Notes: generated by a model not told the origin, from the sequence alone. A stretch of DNA of 64,000 bases from Arcobacteraceae bacterium (GCA_965224485.1 CBDCZH010000015.1:416001-480000), one strand, 5' to 3'. Counted from the stretch's first letter, positions 1 to 9,979 are shown. Numbers and translations are program-made.

Positions 1-1
1 T

Positions 2-292
2 GTTCTTATTAACCCTTATAGAAATAATCCAAAAGCAATACAAATAGGAAAATCAGGATATAACACTAACTGTGCTCGCTGTCACGGACTTGGAGCAATT
101 TCAGGAGGAATTGCTCCTGATTTAAGAGAACTTCCAGCTTTTGATGATGAGCTAGATGAGTATTTTATTGGAAAAGTTCAAACAGGAGTAATAAGAAATG
201 GTAATGTTTATATGCCTCCTTTTAAAGATGTTCTCTCAAACGAAGCAATTTGGGCTATTAGATCTTGGATAGAAACTGTTCCAGCAGATTAA
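2..292 (+). CDS. pedF: Cytochrome c550, PedF/ExaB type (5' truncated by window edge)
   Basis: Own translation of frame 2: ...INPYRNNPKAIQIGKSGYNTNCARCHGLGAISGGIAPDLREL...RNGNVYMPPFKDVLSNEAIWAIRSWIETVPAD*. CxxCH heme motif and axial Met in MPPF; stop TAA 290-292. Not in ORF track. Confidence 0.88.
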   Translation, partial: VLINPYRNNPKAIQIGKSGYNTNCARCHGLGAISGGIAPDLRELPAFDDELDEYFIGKVQTGVIRNGNVYMPPFKDVLSNEAIWAIRSWIETVPAD

Positions 293-293
293 C

Positions 294-1154
294 ATGAATA
301 AATTTATCTTAATTTGTTGCTTATTTTTAACATCACTTTTTTCAAGATCACTTGATGAAATAAGAGAGAAAGGTTATATCATAGTTGCAGTATATGATAA
401 TTTTCCTCCTTATTCTTATATGGAAAATAAGAAAATTAAAGGAATTGATGTTGATATTGCTAAAAAAATAGCAAAAAAAATGGGTCTTAAAATTAAATGG
501 TATTTCACAGGTTCTGATGAAAATCTAGAAGATGATTTAAGAAATGTTATTTGGAAAGGACATTTAATTCATAAAAGTAAAGCTGATGTTATGTTTAGAG
601 TTCCTTATGATTATGATTTTATAAGGCAAACAGATAAATCAACAGGTGAGCTTACAAATGAACTTGTAGTAATAAAATCACCTTATCAAACAGAGAGATG
701 GGTGATTGTAACAAATAAAAAAGTCATTCCTGCGATTCCCAGTTTGGCAATTTTTAAATATCATAAAATTGCAGTTGAATTAGATACCTTACCAGATGCA
801 TATTTAGGCACTTCTTTTAGAGGAGTTTTACAAAATAATATTAAACACTATAGAGATATTAAAGATGCTTTAAAAGATTTAGAAAATAAAAAGATTAATG
901 CAGTTGCTGCATTAAAATCACAAGCAGAATTCTTTTTAAACTTCTTAGAAAATAAAGAAAAATACTTTATGAGTAAAGATATTCCTTATTCAAAATCAGT
1001 ATGGGACTTAGGGATAGCTGTACGAACTGATTTTAGAGCCTTATCTTATGAACTAGATGAACAAATTGAATCTTTATATAAAAGTGGTGAAATAAAAAAA
1101 ATATTCTTGAAATATGGTGTGTCATATGAAAAGCCACAAGCATATCAAAAATAA
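294..1154 (+). CDS. Periplasmic substrate-binding protein (SBP family 3), quinoprotein dehydrogenase-associated (PedG/MoxJ-like)
   Basis: Signal peptide; VAVYDNFPPYSY...GIDVDIA and DENLEDDLRNVIWKGH motifs; directly follows cytochrome c550. Confidence 0.8.
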   Translation: MNKFILICCLFLTSLFSRSLDEIREKGYIIVAVYDNFPPYSYMENKKIKGIDVDIAKKIAKKMGLKIKWYFTGSDENLEDDLRNVIWKGHLIHKSKADVMFRVPYDYDFIRQTDKSTGELTNELVVIKSPYQTERWVIVTNKKVIPAIPSLAIFKYHKIAVELDTLPDAYLGTSFRGVLQNNIKHYRDIKDALKDLENKKINAVAALKSQAEFFLNFLENKEKYFMSKDIPYSKSVWDLGIAVRTDFRALSYELDEQIESLYKSGEIKKIFLKYGVSYEKPQAYQK

Positions 1155-1174
1155 TTTGAAGTAAAGGATAATAT

Positions 1175-1942
1175 ATGTTAAAAAAATATTTGTATAAAAG
1201 TGTTTTAATTTTATTTATATTAACTCAAAGTTTATTGGCGAAACAAGACCCTTTAAACTCTCCAATGTGGAATGATGTTAAAAAAATGTTTTTAAGAAAT
1301 GAAGCTTTTGTTTTTGATAAAAAACAAATCATAATTAAAATTCCATCTTTTGCAGACAATGCTTTACACGTTCCAATTTATATTGATGCAAGTTTTTATA
1401 AAGAGGCTTCACGATTAATAGTTTTTGCTGATTTAAATGCAATTATTCCCTTACTTGACATGAAACTCTCAGGTCTTTTACCTGTTATATCAGTAAACAT
1501 GAAAATAGCACAAGGAACACCCCTAAGAGCTGCAATTAAAGACAAAAATGGCTTATGGCACATAAGCAGCGCCCAAATTAAAAGTTTTGGAGGAGGATGC
1601 TCTGTTGCTAGTGAAGCTAGTTTATTTGAAAATAAGAATAAGTACTTAGGAAAGTATAAAATCAATATATTTTCCCTTAAGAATAAAAATAGAATTAAAC
1701 TCTCAATTTACCATCCTATGGATACAGGTCTTTTTATAGGGAATCCTGAGTTCTTTATAAATAAAATCAAAATTTCATCAAATCAGAAAACTTTAGCTTT
1801 AATTAAAACATATGCTTCCATTAGTGAAAATCCAAGATTTATTTTTGAAACTAATTTAAAATATAAAGAGTTTACTATTGAACTAAGTGATACAGATGGG
1901 AATGAGTTTAAAGTTAAAACTAAAACTAAGGAAATAAAATGA
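1175..1942 (+). CDS. Quinoprotein dehydrogenase-associated fused SoxYZ-like carrier protein
   Basis: Signal peptide; SoxY-like half ending in GGGC; SoxZ-like half with IYHPMDTGL and SISENPRFIF. Confidence 0.85.
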   Translation: MLKKYLYKSVLILFILTQSLLAKQDPLNSPMWNDVKKMFLRNEAFVFDKKQIIIKIPSFADNALHVPIYIDASFYKEASRLIVFADLNAIIPLLDMKLSGLLPVISVNMKIAQGTPLRAAIKDKNGLWHISSAQIKSFGGGCSVASEASLFENKNKYLGKYKINIFSLKNKNRIKLSIYHPMDTGLFIGNPEFFINKIKISSNQKTLALIKTYASISENPRFIFETNLKYKEFTIELSDTDGNEFKVKTKTKEIK

Positions 1943-2844
1943 AAATACTTAGCTTATGTCTTTTATTTTATATTTCACTATTTGCACAAGAGTTTGATTT
2001 TAATTTAAAAGCAGAAAAAATCACAAAAGATACTTATATGGTAAAGGGCAAAAAAGAGTATTTTTCGCAAAATAATGCAGGAGATATTGCAAATAGTTCT
2101 TTTATTATTACAAGTAAAGGAATTATTGTAATAGATACAGGCTCGTCATATTTATATGGTAAACAATTAGTAAAACTTATTCGAACAATAAGTTCAAAAA
2201 AAATAGTTTATGTAATAAATACTCACCACCATCCTGATCATTTTTTAGGTAATCAAGCTTTTAAAAATTCTAAAATTCTAGCAACAGCTTATTCAAAAAA
2301 TTATATTCAAAAAAATGGAAATGACTATATTCTAAATTTAGTTAATATTATTCAGTATGCGATGAAAGAAACAGAAGTATTAGCCCCTACAAACATTCTT
2401 AAAGATAAGTATTTGCACCTTGGAAATCATAAGCTAAGAATTTTATATCTAAAAGGTCATACCTCAAGTGATATAGCCTTATATGATGAAAAAACTAAAG
2501 TCTTATTTGCTTCTGACTTAGTATTTAATAATAGAATCGCAGCAACTCCACATGCCAATATAAAACAATGGATTAGAAGTTTGAGTTTACTAGAAAAAAT
2601 AAATTATTCATATTTAGTACCTGGTCATGGAAAAGTATCAAAAAACAAACAAGCTATAAAACAAACTATTTCTTATTTAAAATACTTAGATAAAGTACTA
2701 AAAGATTCAGCAAAAAAAGGTCTAAGCGTTTTTGAAATTTTAGAGCTACAAAGACCAAAAGAGTTTCAAAACCTCTCTATGGTTAAAGATGAATTTGAAC
2801 GCTCAGTTATAAACTTATATCCTAAATACGAAGATCTAAAATAG
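1939..2844 (+). CDS. SoxH-like metallo-beta-lactamase-fold hydrolase (quinoprotein relay system zinc metallohydrolase)
   Basis: Signal peptide; THHHPDHFLGN (HxHxDH), GHT, SDLVF and PGHG motifs; 4-bp overlap with the SoxYZ-like gene. Confidence 0.85.
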   Translation: MKILSLCLLFYISLFAQEFDFNLKAEKITKDTYMVKGKKEYFSQNNAGDIANSSFIITSKGIIVIDTGSSYLYGKQLVKLIRTISSKKIVYVINTHHHPDHFLGNQAFKNSKILATAYSKNYIQKNGNDYILNLVNIIQYAMKETEVLAPTNILKDKYLHLGNHKLRILYLKGHTSSDIALYDEKTKVLFASDLVFNNRIAATPHANIKQWIRSLSLLEKINYSYLVPGHGKVSKNKQAIKQTISYLKYLDKVLKDSAKKGLSVFEILELQRPKEFQNLSMVKDEFERSVINLYPKYEDLK

Positions 2845-2850
2845 TAGACG

Positions 2851-4305
2851 CTATTTTAGATTTTTAATAAATTTTAATAATAACCTAACACTAGAACCGC
2901 TAGCCCCTGCCTTATTATAAGCCCAAGATTTTTCATGAAAAGCACTTCCTGCAATATCTAAATGTAACCACTTATTTTTATTTTTATTTTTAATAAATTT
3001 ATCTAAAAACATAGAAGCTAAAATAGTCCCACCACCTGTACTTCCTGTTGAATTAGTAATATCTGCAATATTACTTTTAATTATTGGAAATAAATATCTA
3101 TTATAAGGTAAAACTCCAATAAGTTCTCCTGTTTGATTTGAAGCTTTTTGCATCTTCTTCTTTAAGTTTTTATTATGTCCCATAACAGCTGTAGTATAAG
3201 AGCCAAGAGCTGTTATACAAGATCCTGTTAATGTTGCAATATCAAAAATATAATCAATATTTTTAAGCTCATCTTGAGCATAACATAAACAATCCGCTAA
3301 AACTAAACGCCCTTCGGCATCTGTATTTCGCACTTCAATACTTGTACCATTTTTAGCTATTAATATATCTCCTGGTTTAAAAGCATCTGCACCTATCATA
3401 TTTTCAACAGCACCTATAATTCCATGAACTTCATAATCACAAGCCAAACTCTCTAAAGATTTCATAATTCCTAAAACAGCAGCACCCCCTGCTTTATCAC
3501 ATTTCATATTTATCATACCAAGAGATGATTTTAAAGACAAGCCCCCACTATCGTAAGTTAAACCTTTTCCAACAAGGACAATAACACCTTTTTCTTTTTT
3601 ACTAAAAGAATTAGAATTTTTATCTTCTTTTGGTTTATACGTTAAATGAATTAATTGGCTCTCATGTCTAGAAGCACGTCCAACAGCATACATTGCATTC
3701 ATATTATTTTTCTGTAAATAATCCTCACCTAAAATCTTGCACTCTAAAGAACTATTTCTTGCAATATTTCTAGCAACTTCACTCATTGTTTTTGGATTAA
3801 AATCTTCTGCTGTTGTATTTACAATATCTCTAACCATATTTACATTTTCACAAATACTACTACAAGAGTTTAGTATTTTTTTTAAATCATCTTCTTTTAT
3901 TAAAGAATTTTTAATATCAATAAAAACATCAAACTTTTTCTTAATTTTTTCTTTTTTATATTTTAAAAATGCATACTCACCTAATAATAGACCTTCTATC
4001 AGGTCTTCTAACGCAAGCTCTTTTTCTTGTGAAACTAAAGATATGAGAATCTTTTTATATTTGGTTTGTTTAAGTTTGTTAATTGCAACAGAACAAGCAA
4101 TTTTCAAATCTTCTTCTTTTAATTTATTAAGACCTACAAATAATCTTTGTTTATAAAAAACACTTTGAGCCTCTTTTGCTTCAAAACCTATATCATTTAA
4201 ATATTTTTTATCACTTTTTTCTAAATTTTTAAGATTTTTTAAAAAAATTATATGTATATCTTCTTTTATATTTTCAAAACTTGTATTTATTAAATTAATT
4301 TTCAT
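2851..4305 (-). CDS. pepA: Leucyl aminopeptidase (M17)
   Basis: VGKGLTYDSGG, MKCDKAG, NTDAEGRLVLAD, DIATLTG and WLHLDIAG motifs. Confidence 0.93.
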   Translation of the reverse strand: MKINLINTSFENIKEDIHIIFLKNLKNLEKSDKKYLNDIGFEAKEAQSVFYKQRLFVGLNKLKEEDLKIACSVAINKLKQTKYKKILISLVSQEKELALEDLIEGLLLGEYAFLKYKKEKIKKKFDVFIDIKNSLIKEDDLKKILNSCSSICENVNMVRDIVNTTAEDFNPKTMSEVARNIARNSSLECKILGEDYLQKNNMNAMYAVGRASRHESQLIHLTYKPKEDKNSNSFSKKEKGVIVLVGKGLTYDSGGLSLKSSLGMINMKCDKAGGAAVLGIMKSLESLACDYEVHGIIGAVENMIGADAFKPGDILIAKNGTSIEVRNTDAEGRLVLADCLCYAQDELKNIDYIFDIATLTGSCITALGSYTTAVMGHNKNLKKKMQKASNQTGELIGVLPYNRYLFPIIKSNIADITNSTGSTGGGTILASMFLDKFIKNKNKNKWLHLDIAGSAFHEKSWAYNKAGASGSSVRLLLKFIKNLK

Positions 4306-4395
4306 ATCTAGCTTCCTAATATATTTTTATTTATAAAGTACAAGTATAGGTATATTAATACATTTTTAACTTAAGAAAAAAACTTTGTTCTTCTT

Positions 4396-7300
4396 TTATA
4401 TAATAATTCTTTCTTCTAATAATCTAATTGCTTCTTTAGCTTTAACAGCAGAAGAGATAAAATGTCCTTGATAAAAATAAGAATCTTTTTTTACTAAATA
4501 TTCTATATCTTCTAAACTTTCAACTCCTTCAACAATTAAATTAATATCTAATTTTCTAGAAATACTAACTATCATTTCTATAATGCTTTCATTAACTTCT
4601 AAATCTTTATTAATTATAAAACTTTTATCTAATTTGATGGTATTAATTGGTAACTTACTTATATAATTTAAAGAAGAAAAACCAATGCCAAAATCATCAA
4701 TAGAACAAGATAAACCTAATTCTCTTAGTTCATATAATTTTTTCATTGCTAAATCAATATTTTTAAACATTGAAAGTTCTGTTATTTCTAACTCTAAATA
4801 TTTACTAGGAATTTTCATCTGTGTTAATATATCTTTTAGTTTAGAAATAAAATCAATTTGTTCAAATTCTAAAGATGAAATATTTATAGAAATTTTTATA
4901 TTATCTAAATCAACTCCTTCCTCTAGCCATTTACTTATTTGTTCGCAACACTCTTGTAAAACCCATTTTCCTATATCAATAATTAAAGAAGATTGTTCAG
5001 CTATATAAATAAAATCATTTGCTTTTATTAATCCTTTTATTGGATGATTCCATCTAATTAATGCTTCATAGCCTATAATTTTTTTAGTTTCATAATTATA
5101 CTTAGCTTGATAATATAGTTCAAATTCATTATTTACTAAAGCTTTTCTCAAATCATTTTCAACTTTTAGATAATTTTTTGAATTTAAATCTAGAGCATCA
5201 TAATAAAATATAATTTTATTCTTACCTTTTTCTTTTGCCATATACATAGCACTATCAGCATTTTGTATTATTTGTTCTACATTTTTTTCAAACTCAGGGA
5301 AGAGTGAAATTCCGATACTAGGTGTAGTAGTTAATTTATAAGTATCAATTACTAAGGCTTCATTTAACGCTTCATTAATTTTAAAAGCAAACTTTTCAAC
5401 ATCAACAACAGCTTGCTGTCTATTTGATCCTAAATTTGGTACCATTATAATAAATTCATCTCCGCCTAAACGAACAACTAAATCACTCTCTCTTGAAATC
5501 TCAAGTAAAATACTTGCTATTTTTTTTAATAATTTATCACCAATATGATGTCCTAAAGAATCGTTTATATATTTAAAGTTATCTAAATCTAAAAACAATA
5601 AAGCTCCAAAATGGTTATATCTATTTGCAGAAGTTATACTTTGATTTAATCTATCTTCTAAAACTATTCTATTATATAAACCAGTTAGATTATCATGCTG
5701 TATTTCATAAATTAATTTTTCTTCATTCTTTTTAAGCTCTGTAATATCAAAAAACTGAGCAATATAATGGGTAGTTAGCCCTTCTTTATTTTTAATAGCA
5801 GTTATTGTAGTTTTTTCTGGATAAATTTCTCCATTTTTTCTTTTATTATACAACTCTCCACTCCAAAAGCCATCTTTTATTAATATATCCCACATATTCT
5901 CATAAAACGAAAGAGAATGTCTCCCTGATTGTAAAATATTTGGATTTTGTCCTAATACTTCTTCTTGTGAATAACCAGTTATAGTGCTAAAAGCATTATT
6001 TATTTTTACTATCTTTGCATCCAAATCTGTAATTGCCATAGCTTCTTGTGAATCAAAAGCATAAGCTGCGATTCTTAACTCTTCTTCATATTTTAAACGA
6101 ACTAACTCTTTTTTCTCTTTTAACAAACCATAAGATAAATCATTTGCCATTTTTTCTAGTATTGAAATAATATCTTTATCAAAATAATTTATTTTATTAG
6201 AACAAAAAGATATTAAACCAACTAATATATCATCTTTGAATAAGGGGTAAATTGCTAGTGATTTAAAATAATTTTTTATTTCTAGTGTTAAATCTAAAGA
6301 AGACTTATCATCTTTTATATTATCAAGAACTATAGCTTGTTTTTCAAAAAATACTTTTTGATAAGCTGACGATTTTTTATTTGCATTAAAATCCATAATA
6401 TTTATAGCATTCTTACAAGAACTTTGAATAATTTCTAATTCATCATTTTTATTTAAAAGTGCAACAAAAGTTAAAGATAAATCAAGCTCTTTTGTTGCTA
6501 ATACACAGGCTTGTTTTAAAACATCTTGCATTTTATAATCATAAATTATAAGCTCATTAGTATTACTTAAAATATTATATATTTGTTTCAATTTATTTAG
6601 ATTTGAAAAATTTTCCTGCTCTTTTGAAGTTAGTTTTTTAAGCATTATTATTGAAAGTAACACAGAGCTTATACCAACGAAAAAGTATGCTAAAGTATAA
6701 ATAAAACTTAAATATATCTCATTTCTTTTTTTACTTGCTTTTTGTAAAACTTTACTCATATAATAATCTACAGTTTTTCCCATAGCATTAATTCTATTTG
6801 TAGAAACTAACCACCAGTCTTCAAGACTTGAAATAGTTAGTTTTTCTGTAAAAGAGATAAAAAAATCTTTTCTATATTTATTTACTTTATTGCTAATAAT
6901 ATTATTAAGATTTTTATTTAGATAATTCAAAGTATCAATATCTACAGAATCTTTAAATTTGTTAATATTTTGATTTTGTAATAAAATACTTTTAATAACA
7001 TTATTATATATATTTAATGTAATTATTTTTTCAGATGAAAAACTATTTGTTAGTAAAGCACGTTCTAATCCAGCATACTCTTTAGCACTAATAATACTTA
7101 TAATAGAATATAATTGTTTATTAAAATTTAATTTTTCTTCTTTTAGAAGAATTTCAGACATAGAATTTATAATACTTAATGTTAATTTATTATATTTATT
7201 TATATGCACTTCTATTTTTATTTTTAAATTTATTGCATCTTCTCTCATAGCATTTAGAAAGTACAGTTTTTCTTGTATATCTTTAATACTATTTTCAACC

Positions 7301-7620
7301 GCTTTTAATTTAAAATTATTTTTAGAAATAAAAGAGATATACTCATTTATGGCTTTATTTGATTTTATCTTCTGATTTATAAACTCATTTTTAAAAAAGA
7401 TTCCTTTTGAAGAAAGATAAGCGGTTGATATTCCTCTCTCTTTTTGAATATTATTTAATAAGTATTCTGCTTTTTTAACATAAGTTATTCCTCTGTCAAT
7501 ACTAGATAATTTGTTCAGAAGCTTATACTCTTTACTTATATATAAAGTACTATAAAACAGCATCCCAATTACTGGTACTAAGAAAATCAGAATCATTTTA
7601 ATAAAAATATTTTTGTTCAT
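4396..7620 (-). CDS. Membrane NIT-GAF-PAS-GGDEF-EAL c-di-GMP signalling protein
   Basis: Two TM helices flank a NIT-like domain (IQKERG, KEYAGLERA); GAF-like segment; PAS (NNAFSTITGYSQEEVLGQNP); RLGGDEF; YEALIRW; IDDFG. Confidence 0.9.
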   Translation of the reverse strand: MNKNIFIKMILIFLVPVIGMLFYSTLYISKEYKLLNKLSSIDRGITYVKKAEYLLNNIQKERGISTAYLSSKGIFFKNEFINQKIKSNKAINEYISFISKNNFKLKAVENSIKDIQEKLYFLNAMREDAINLKIKIEVHINKYNKLTLSIINSMSEILLKEEKLNFNKQLYSIISIISAKEYAGLERALLTNSFSSEKIITLNIYNNVIKSILLQNQNINKFKDSVDIDTLNYLNKNLNNIISNKVNKYRKDFFISFTEKLTISSLEDWWLVSTNRINAMGKTVDYYMSKVLQKASKKRNEIYLSFIYTLAYFFVGISSVLLSIIMLKKLTSKEQENFSNLNKLKQIYNILSNTNELIIYDYKMQDVLKQACVLATKELDLSLTFVALLNKNDELEIIQSSCKNAINIMDFNANKKSSAYQKVFFEKQAIVLDNIKDDKSSLDLTLEIKNYFKSLAIYPLFKDDILVGLISFCSNKINYFDKDIISILEKMANDLSYGLLKEKKELVRLKYEEELRIAAYAFDSQEAMAITDLDAKIVKINNAFSTITGYSQEEVLGQNPNILQSGRHSLSFYENMWDILIKDGFWSGELYNKRKNGEIYPEKTTITAIKNKEGLTTHYIAQFFDITELKKNEEKLIYEIQHDNLTGLYNRIVLEDRLNQSITSANRYNHFGALLFLDLDNFKYINDSLGHHIGDKLLKKIASILLEISRESDLVVRLGGDEFIIMVPNLGSNRQQAVVDVEKFAFKINEALNEALVIDTYKLTTTPSIGISLFPEFEKNVEQIIQNADSAMYMAKEKGKNKIIFYYDALDLNSKNYLKVENDLRKALVNNEFELYYQAKYNYETKKIIGYEALIRWNHPIKGLIKANDFIYIAEQSSLIIDIGKWVLQECCEQISKWLEEGVDLDNIKISINISSLEFEQIDFISKLKDILTQMKIPSKYLELEITELSMFKNIDLAMKKLYELRELGLSCSIDDFGIGFSSLNYISKLPINTIKLDKSFIINKDLEVNESIIEMIVSISRKLDINLIVEGVESLEDIEYLVKKDSYFYQGHFISSAVKAKEAIRLLEERIII

Positions 7621-7804
7621 AATTTTTTCCTAATATTAAGATTACATTAAGTTATTATACTAAAATATTTATTTTAGTTAACTTAGTTTGTCACAAAATG
7701 AAACTTTATATTTGAAATATAACGTTCAAGTATATTTAGCTTAATTTATTATTTTGACTTAAAATAAAGATAATTTTGATAATATTATATAAAGAAGGAA
7801 TATA

Positions 7805-8005
7805 ATGATTTTAATAGTTAATGGAGAAGAAAAAGAGTTTGACGAAAAAATTTCTTTACAAGAAGTAATAAGCTCACTAAAAATAGAAGATAAAGTAATG
7901 GCAGCAGCTATTAATATGAATATTGTAAAAAAAGATGACTGGAAAAGTTATATACCCGTACACAATGATAAACTAGAATTATTACAATTTGTAGGTGGTG
8001 GTTGA
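7805..8005 (+). CDS. thiS: Sulfur carrier protein ThiS
   Basis: 66 aa, LIVNGE start, C-terminal FVGGG. Confidence 0.92.
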   Translation: MILIVNGEEKEFDEKISLQEVISSLKIEDKVMAAAINMNIVKKDDWKSYIPVHNDKLELLQFVGGG

Positions 8006-8338
8006 TTGTCAAGAAGTAAAGGAGATATTGCAGAAAAGAAAGCTTGTTTATTTTTGCAAAAAAAAGGTTTTAAAATACTTGAACAAAACTTTTATGCAAA
8101 AAAACTAGGAGAAATTGATATTATTGCTCTTAAAGATGATATTTATCATTTTATAGAAGTAAAATCTTCTACTTCTTATGAAACAGCAATTAATAACCTA
8201 AGTGCTTCAAAACTTAACAAATTAAAACAAAGTATTTCATACTATTTACAAAAAAATAAACTAGACGTTTATTATTGTTTAGACGCAGTTATTCTAATAG
8301 AAGATGATATAGAATTTTTAGAAAACATAACAATATAA
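8006..8338 (+). CDS. yraN: YraN (UPF0102) family nuclease-like protein
   Basis: GDIAEKKA...GEIDIIA...FIEVKS PD-(D/E)xK pattern; TTG start. Confidence 0.88.
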   Translation: MSRSKGDIAEKKACLFLQKKGFKILEQNFYAKKLGEIDIIALKDDIYHFIEVKSSTSYETAINNLSASKLNKLKQSISYYLQKNKLDVYYCLDAVILIEDDIEFLENITI

Positions 8339-8435
8339 AACTAAAACTAAATTAAAACCCACAACCTACAACATACAACCCACAACCTACAACTTACTAA
8401 CATAGCAACTTACAAACTTACCTACAACCTAACTA
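8339..8435. repeat. Degenerate heptamer (YACAACC-like), nearly G-free tract between convergent genes
   Basis: Units CACAACC/TACAACA/TACAACC/TACAACT; 17-nt exact repeat AACCCACAACCTACAAC at 8356-8372 and 8377-8393; only one G (8405) on the + strand. Confidence 0.75.
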
Positions 8436-9172
8436 ACCGTAACCCTATTCTTTCCTTCATTCTTACTCAAATAAAGGTTTTTATCAACTTTTTCTATTTG
8501 CACTCTCAACTCATCTTCTTTATTTAATTCAACAACTCCAAAACTAGCAGTTACTTCAAACTTACAGGAAAATTGGTATTCTTGAATAACTTTTCTAAAT
8601 CGTTCAGCTAAAATAGAAGCATTATTTCTATTGCTATATGAACATAAAATAATAAACTCTTCCCCACCCCATCTGATAAATCTATCACTTTTTCTAGCAG
8701 CTTTATGTAAAATTGAAGAAAGCTCTTTTAAGACAAGATCACCAACATCATGACCACAGCTATCATTGATATTTTTAAAATTATCTATATCTAGCATTAT
8801 CAAAGAAGAGTGATATTTTTTATCAAGAAGAAAATCAATTTCATTTTTAATTAAAGCAGCACCTTTTCTTCTGTTTAAAATACCAATTAAAGGATCAGTA
8901 TTTGCTTTTTTTATCAAATATTTTAATTCAAAAAACCTTCTTAAAATAAAAATCATAAAGAGAAAAGAAGACAAAGCAAAGGTTAAAATAATTTCATCTA
9001 ACTCATATTCTTCATGATTTCTTGTATATTCATACAATAATTCACTTGCTTCTATATAGTTAAGATAAATTCCCATAAATAAAATAGAAGTACATAAAAT
9101 AATGCTATCAAAGAGTATTGTTCTAGTGTCTGAAAATTTATTCCTCGCTTTTTTAAGAATACTAGTGTACAT
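8429..9172 (-). CDS. Membrane-anchored diguanylate cyclase
   Basis: Two TM segments; DPLIGILNRR; DIDNFKNINDSCGHDVGD; RKSD I-site; WGGEEF. Confidence 0.9.
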   Translation of the reverse strand: MYTSILKKARNKFSDTRTILFDSIILCTSILFMGIYLNYIEASELLYEYTRNHEEYELDEIILTFALSSFLFMIFILRRFFELKYLIKKANTDPLIGILNRRKGAALIKNEIDFLLDKKYHSSLIMLDIDNFKNINDSCGHDVGDLVLKELSSILHKAARKSDRFIRWGGEEFIILCSYSNRNNASILAERFRKVIQEYQFSCKFEVTASFGVVELNKEDELRVQIEKVDKNLYLSKNEGKNRVTVS

Positions 9173-9234
9173 TTATATCCATTCGTCTAAATTTACAATT
9201 ATACTAATTATACAATATATTTTATTAAAGAATA

Positions 9235-9906
9235 TTATTTATCCTTTAAGTGCATTGATATAGTTTTATATTCAGATATTTTTTTTGGTTTAATGTCTAA
9301 GATTTCAGCCAAAGATTTAACACCCATTGAAAGTAAGTATTGTAAGTTTGAATCAAAACTAGCTTCTTCAATTACAAAAATATTATCTTTATGTACCTCA
9401 AACATATACCCTCCATTTGGAATAGGAGTCATTGATAAAGTAACAGTATAATGGTCTTTTACTACAGACTCTTTATTTGAGTACATTAAACCAATGTTAT
9501 AACCTTCTTTTGCAAAACCTTTTATTAAAACTACTAATACTTTTTGCTCGCCAGATTTAGAAGTATTAAAAATATTTATTAACTCTTTTATAGTCTCATA
9601 ACCAGGAATTTTGGAATAGATTTTTTGAATACTATTACCTAACTTAGTTTCAACAAAGATACCTATAGTAAAAGCTATAAAAGCCAATAAAATAACTCCT
9701 ATAAGAGTCCATAAAATAGGGAAATGCTGTGGATTTAAACCAATTATTTGAAATAAACTTCCAGTTAAAGCATCAATTTTTTCATATACCCATAAAATAA
9801 TTATTGTTATTGCTATTATTGGAGCTAACCAAAAAAGTCCTTTTATAATTACTGTAAAAAAATGGTTTTTTCCTGCTGCATAGAAACTTTTTAATTTATT
9901 AATCAA
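9235..9906 (-). CDS. DUF502 family membrane protein
   Basis: Two TM segments; KIPGYETIK; MTPIPNGGY matches the DUF502 P-x-P-xxG motif; TTG start. Confidence 0.8.
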   Translation of the reverse strand: MINKLKSFYAAGKNHFFTVIIKGLFWLAPIIAITIIILWVYEKIDALTGSLFQIIGLNPQHFPILWTLIGVILLAFIAFTIGIFVETKLGNSIQKIYSKIPGYETIKELINIFNTSKSGEQKVLVVLIKGFAKEGYNIGLMYSNKESVVKDHYTVTLSMTPIPNGGYMFEVHKDNIFVIEEASFDSNLQYLLSMGVKSLAEILDIKPKKISEYKTISMHLKDK

Positions 9907-9937
9907 ATTAATCCTTTAATACTTTTTTTAATTATAA

Positions 9938-9946
9938 ATTATATCA
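9938..9946 (-). promoter_or_regulatory. Extended -10 promoter of the DUF502 gene
   Basis: Minus strand TGATATAAT about 30 nt upstream of the start codon. Confidence 0.55.
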
Positions 9947-9979
9947 TTTCTAAGGTAATTTTATGTGTTTTTTGAATGT

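Noticed and set aside
1175..2844. Canonical Sox thiosulfate-oxidation cluster
   Set aside because: Y and Z are fused, no soxA/X/B/C/D are adjacent within the window, and the neighbours are PedF-type, which fits the quinoprotein-associated paralogues.
7805..8338. thiS TGA directly followed in frame by yraN TTG (possible readthrough or Sec fusion)
   Set aside because: ThiS needs a free C-terminal Gly-Gly, the TGA is not at a Cys-homologous site, and no SECIS-like hairpin is evident. Translational coupling explains it.
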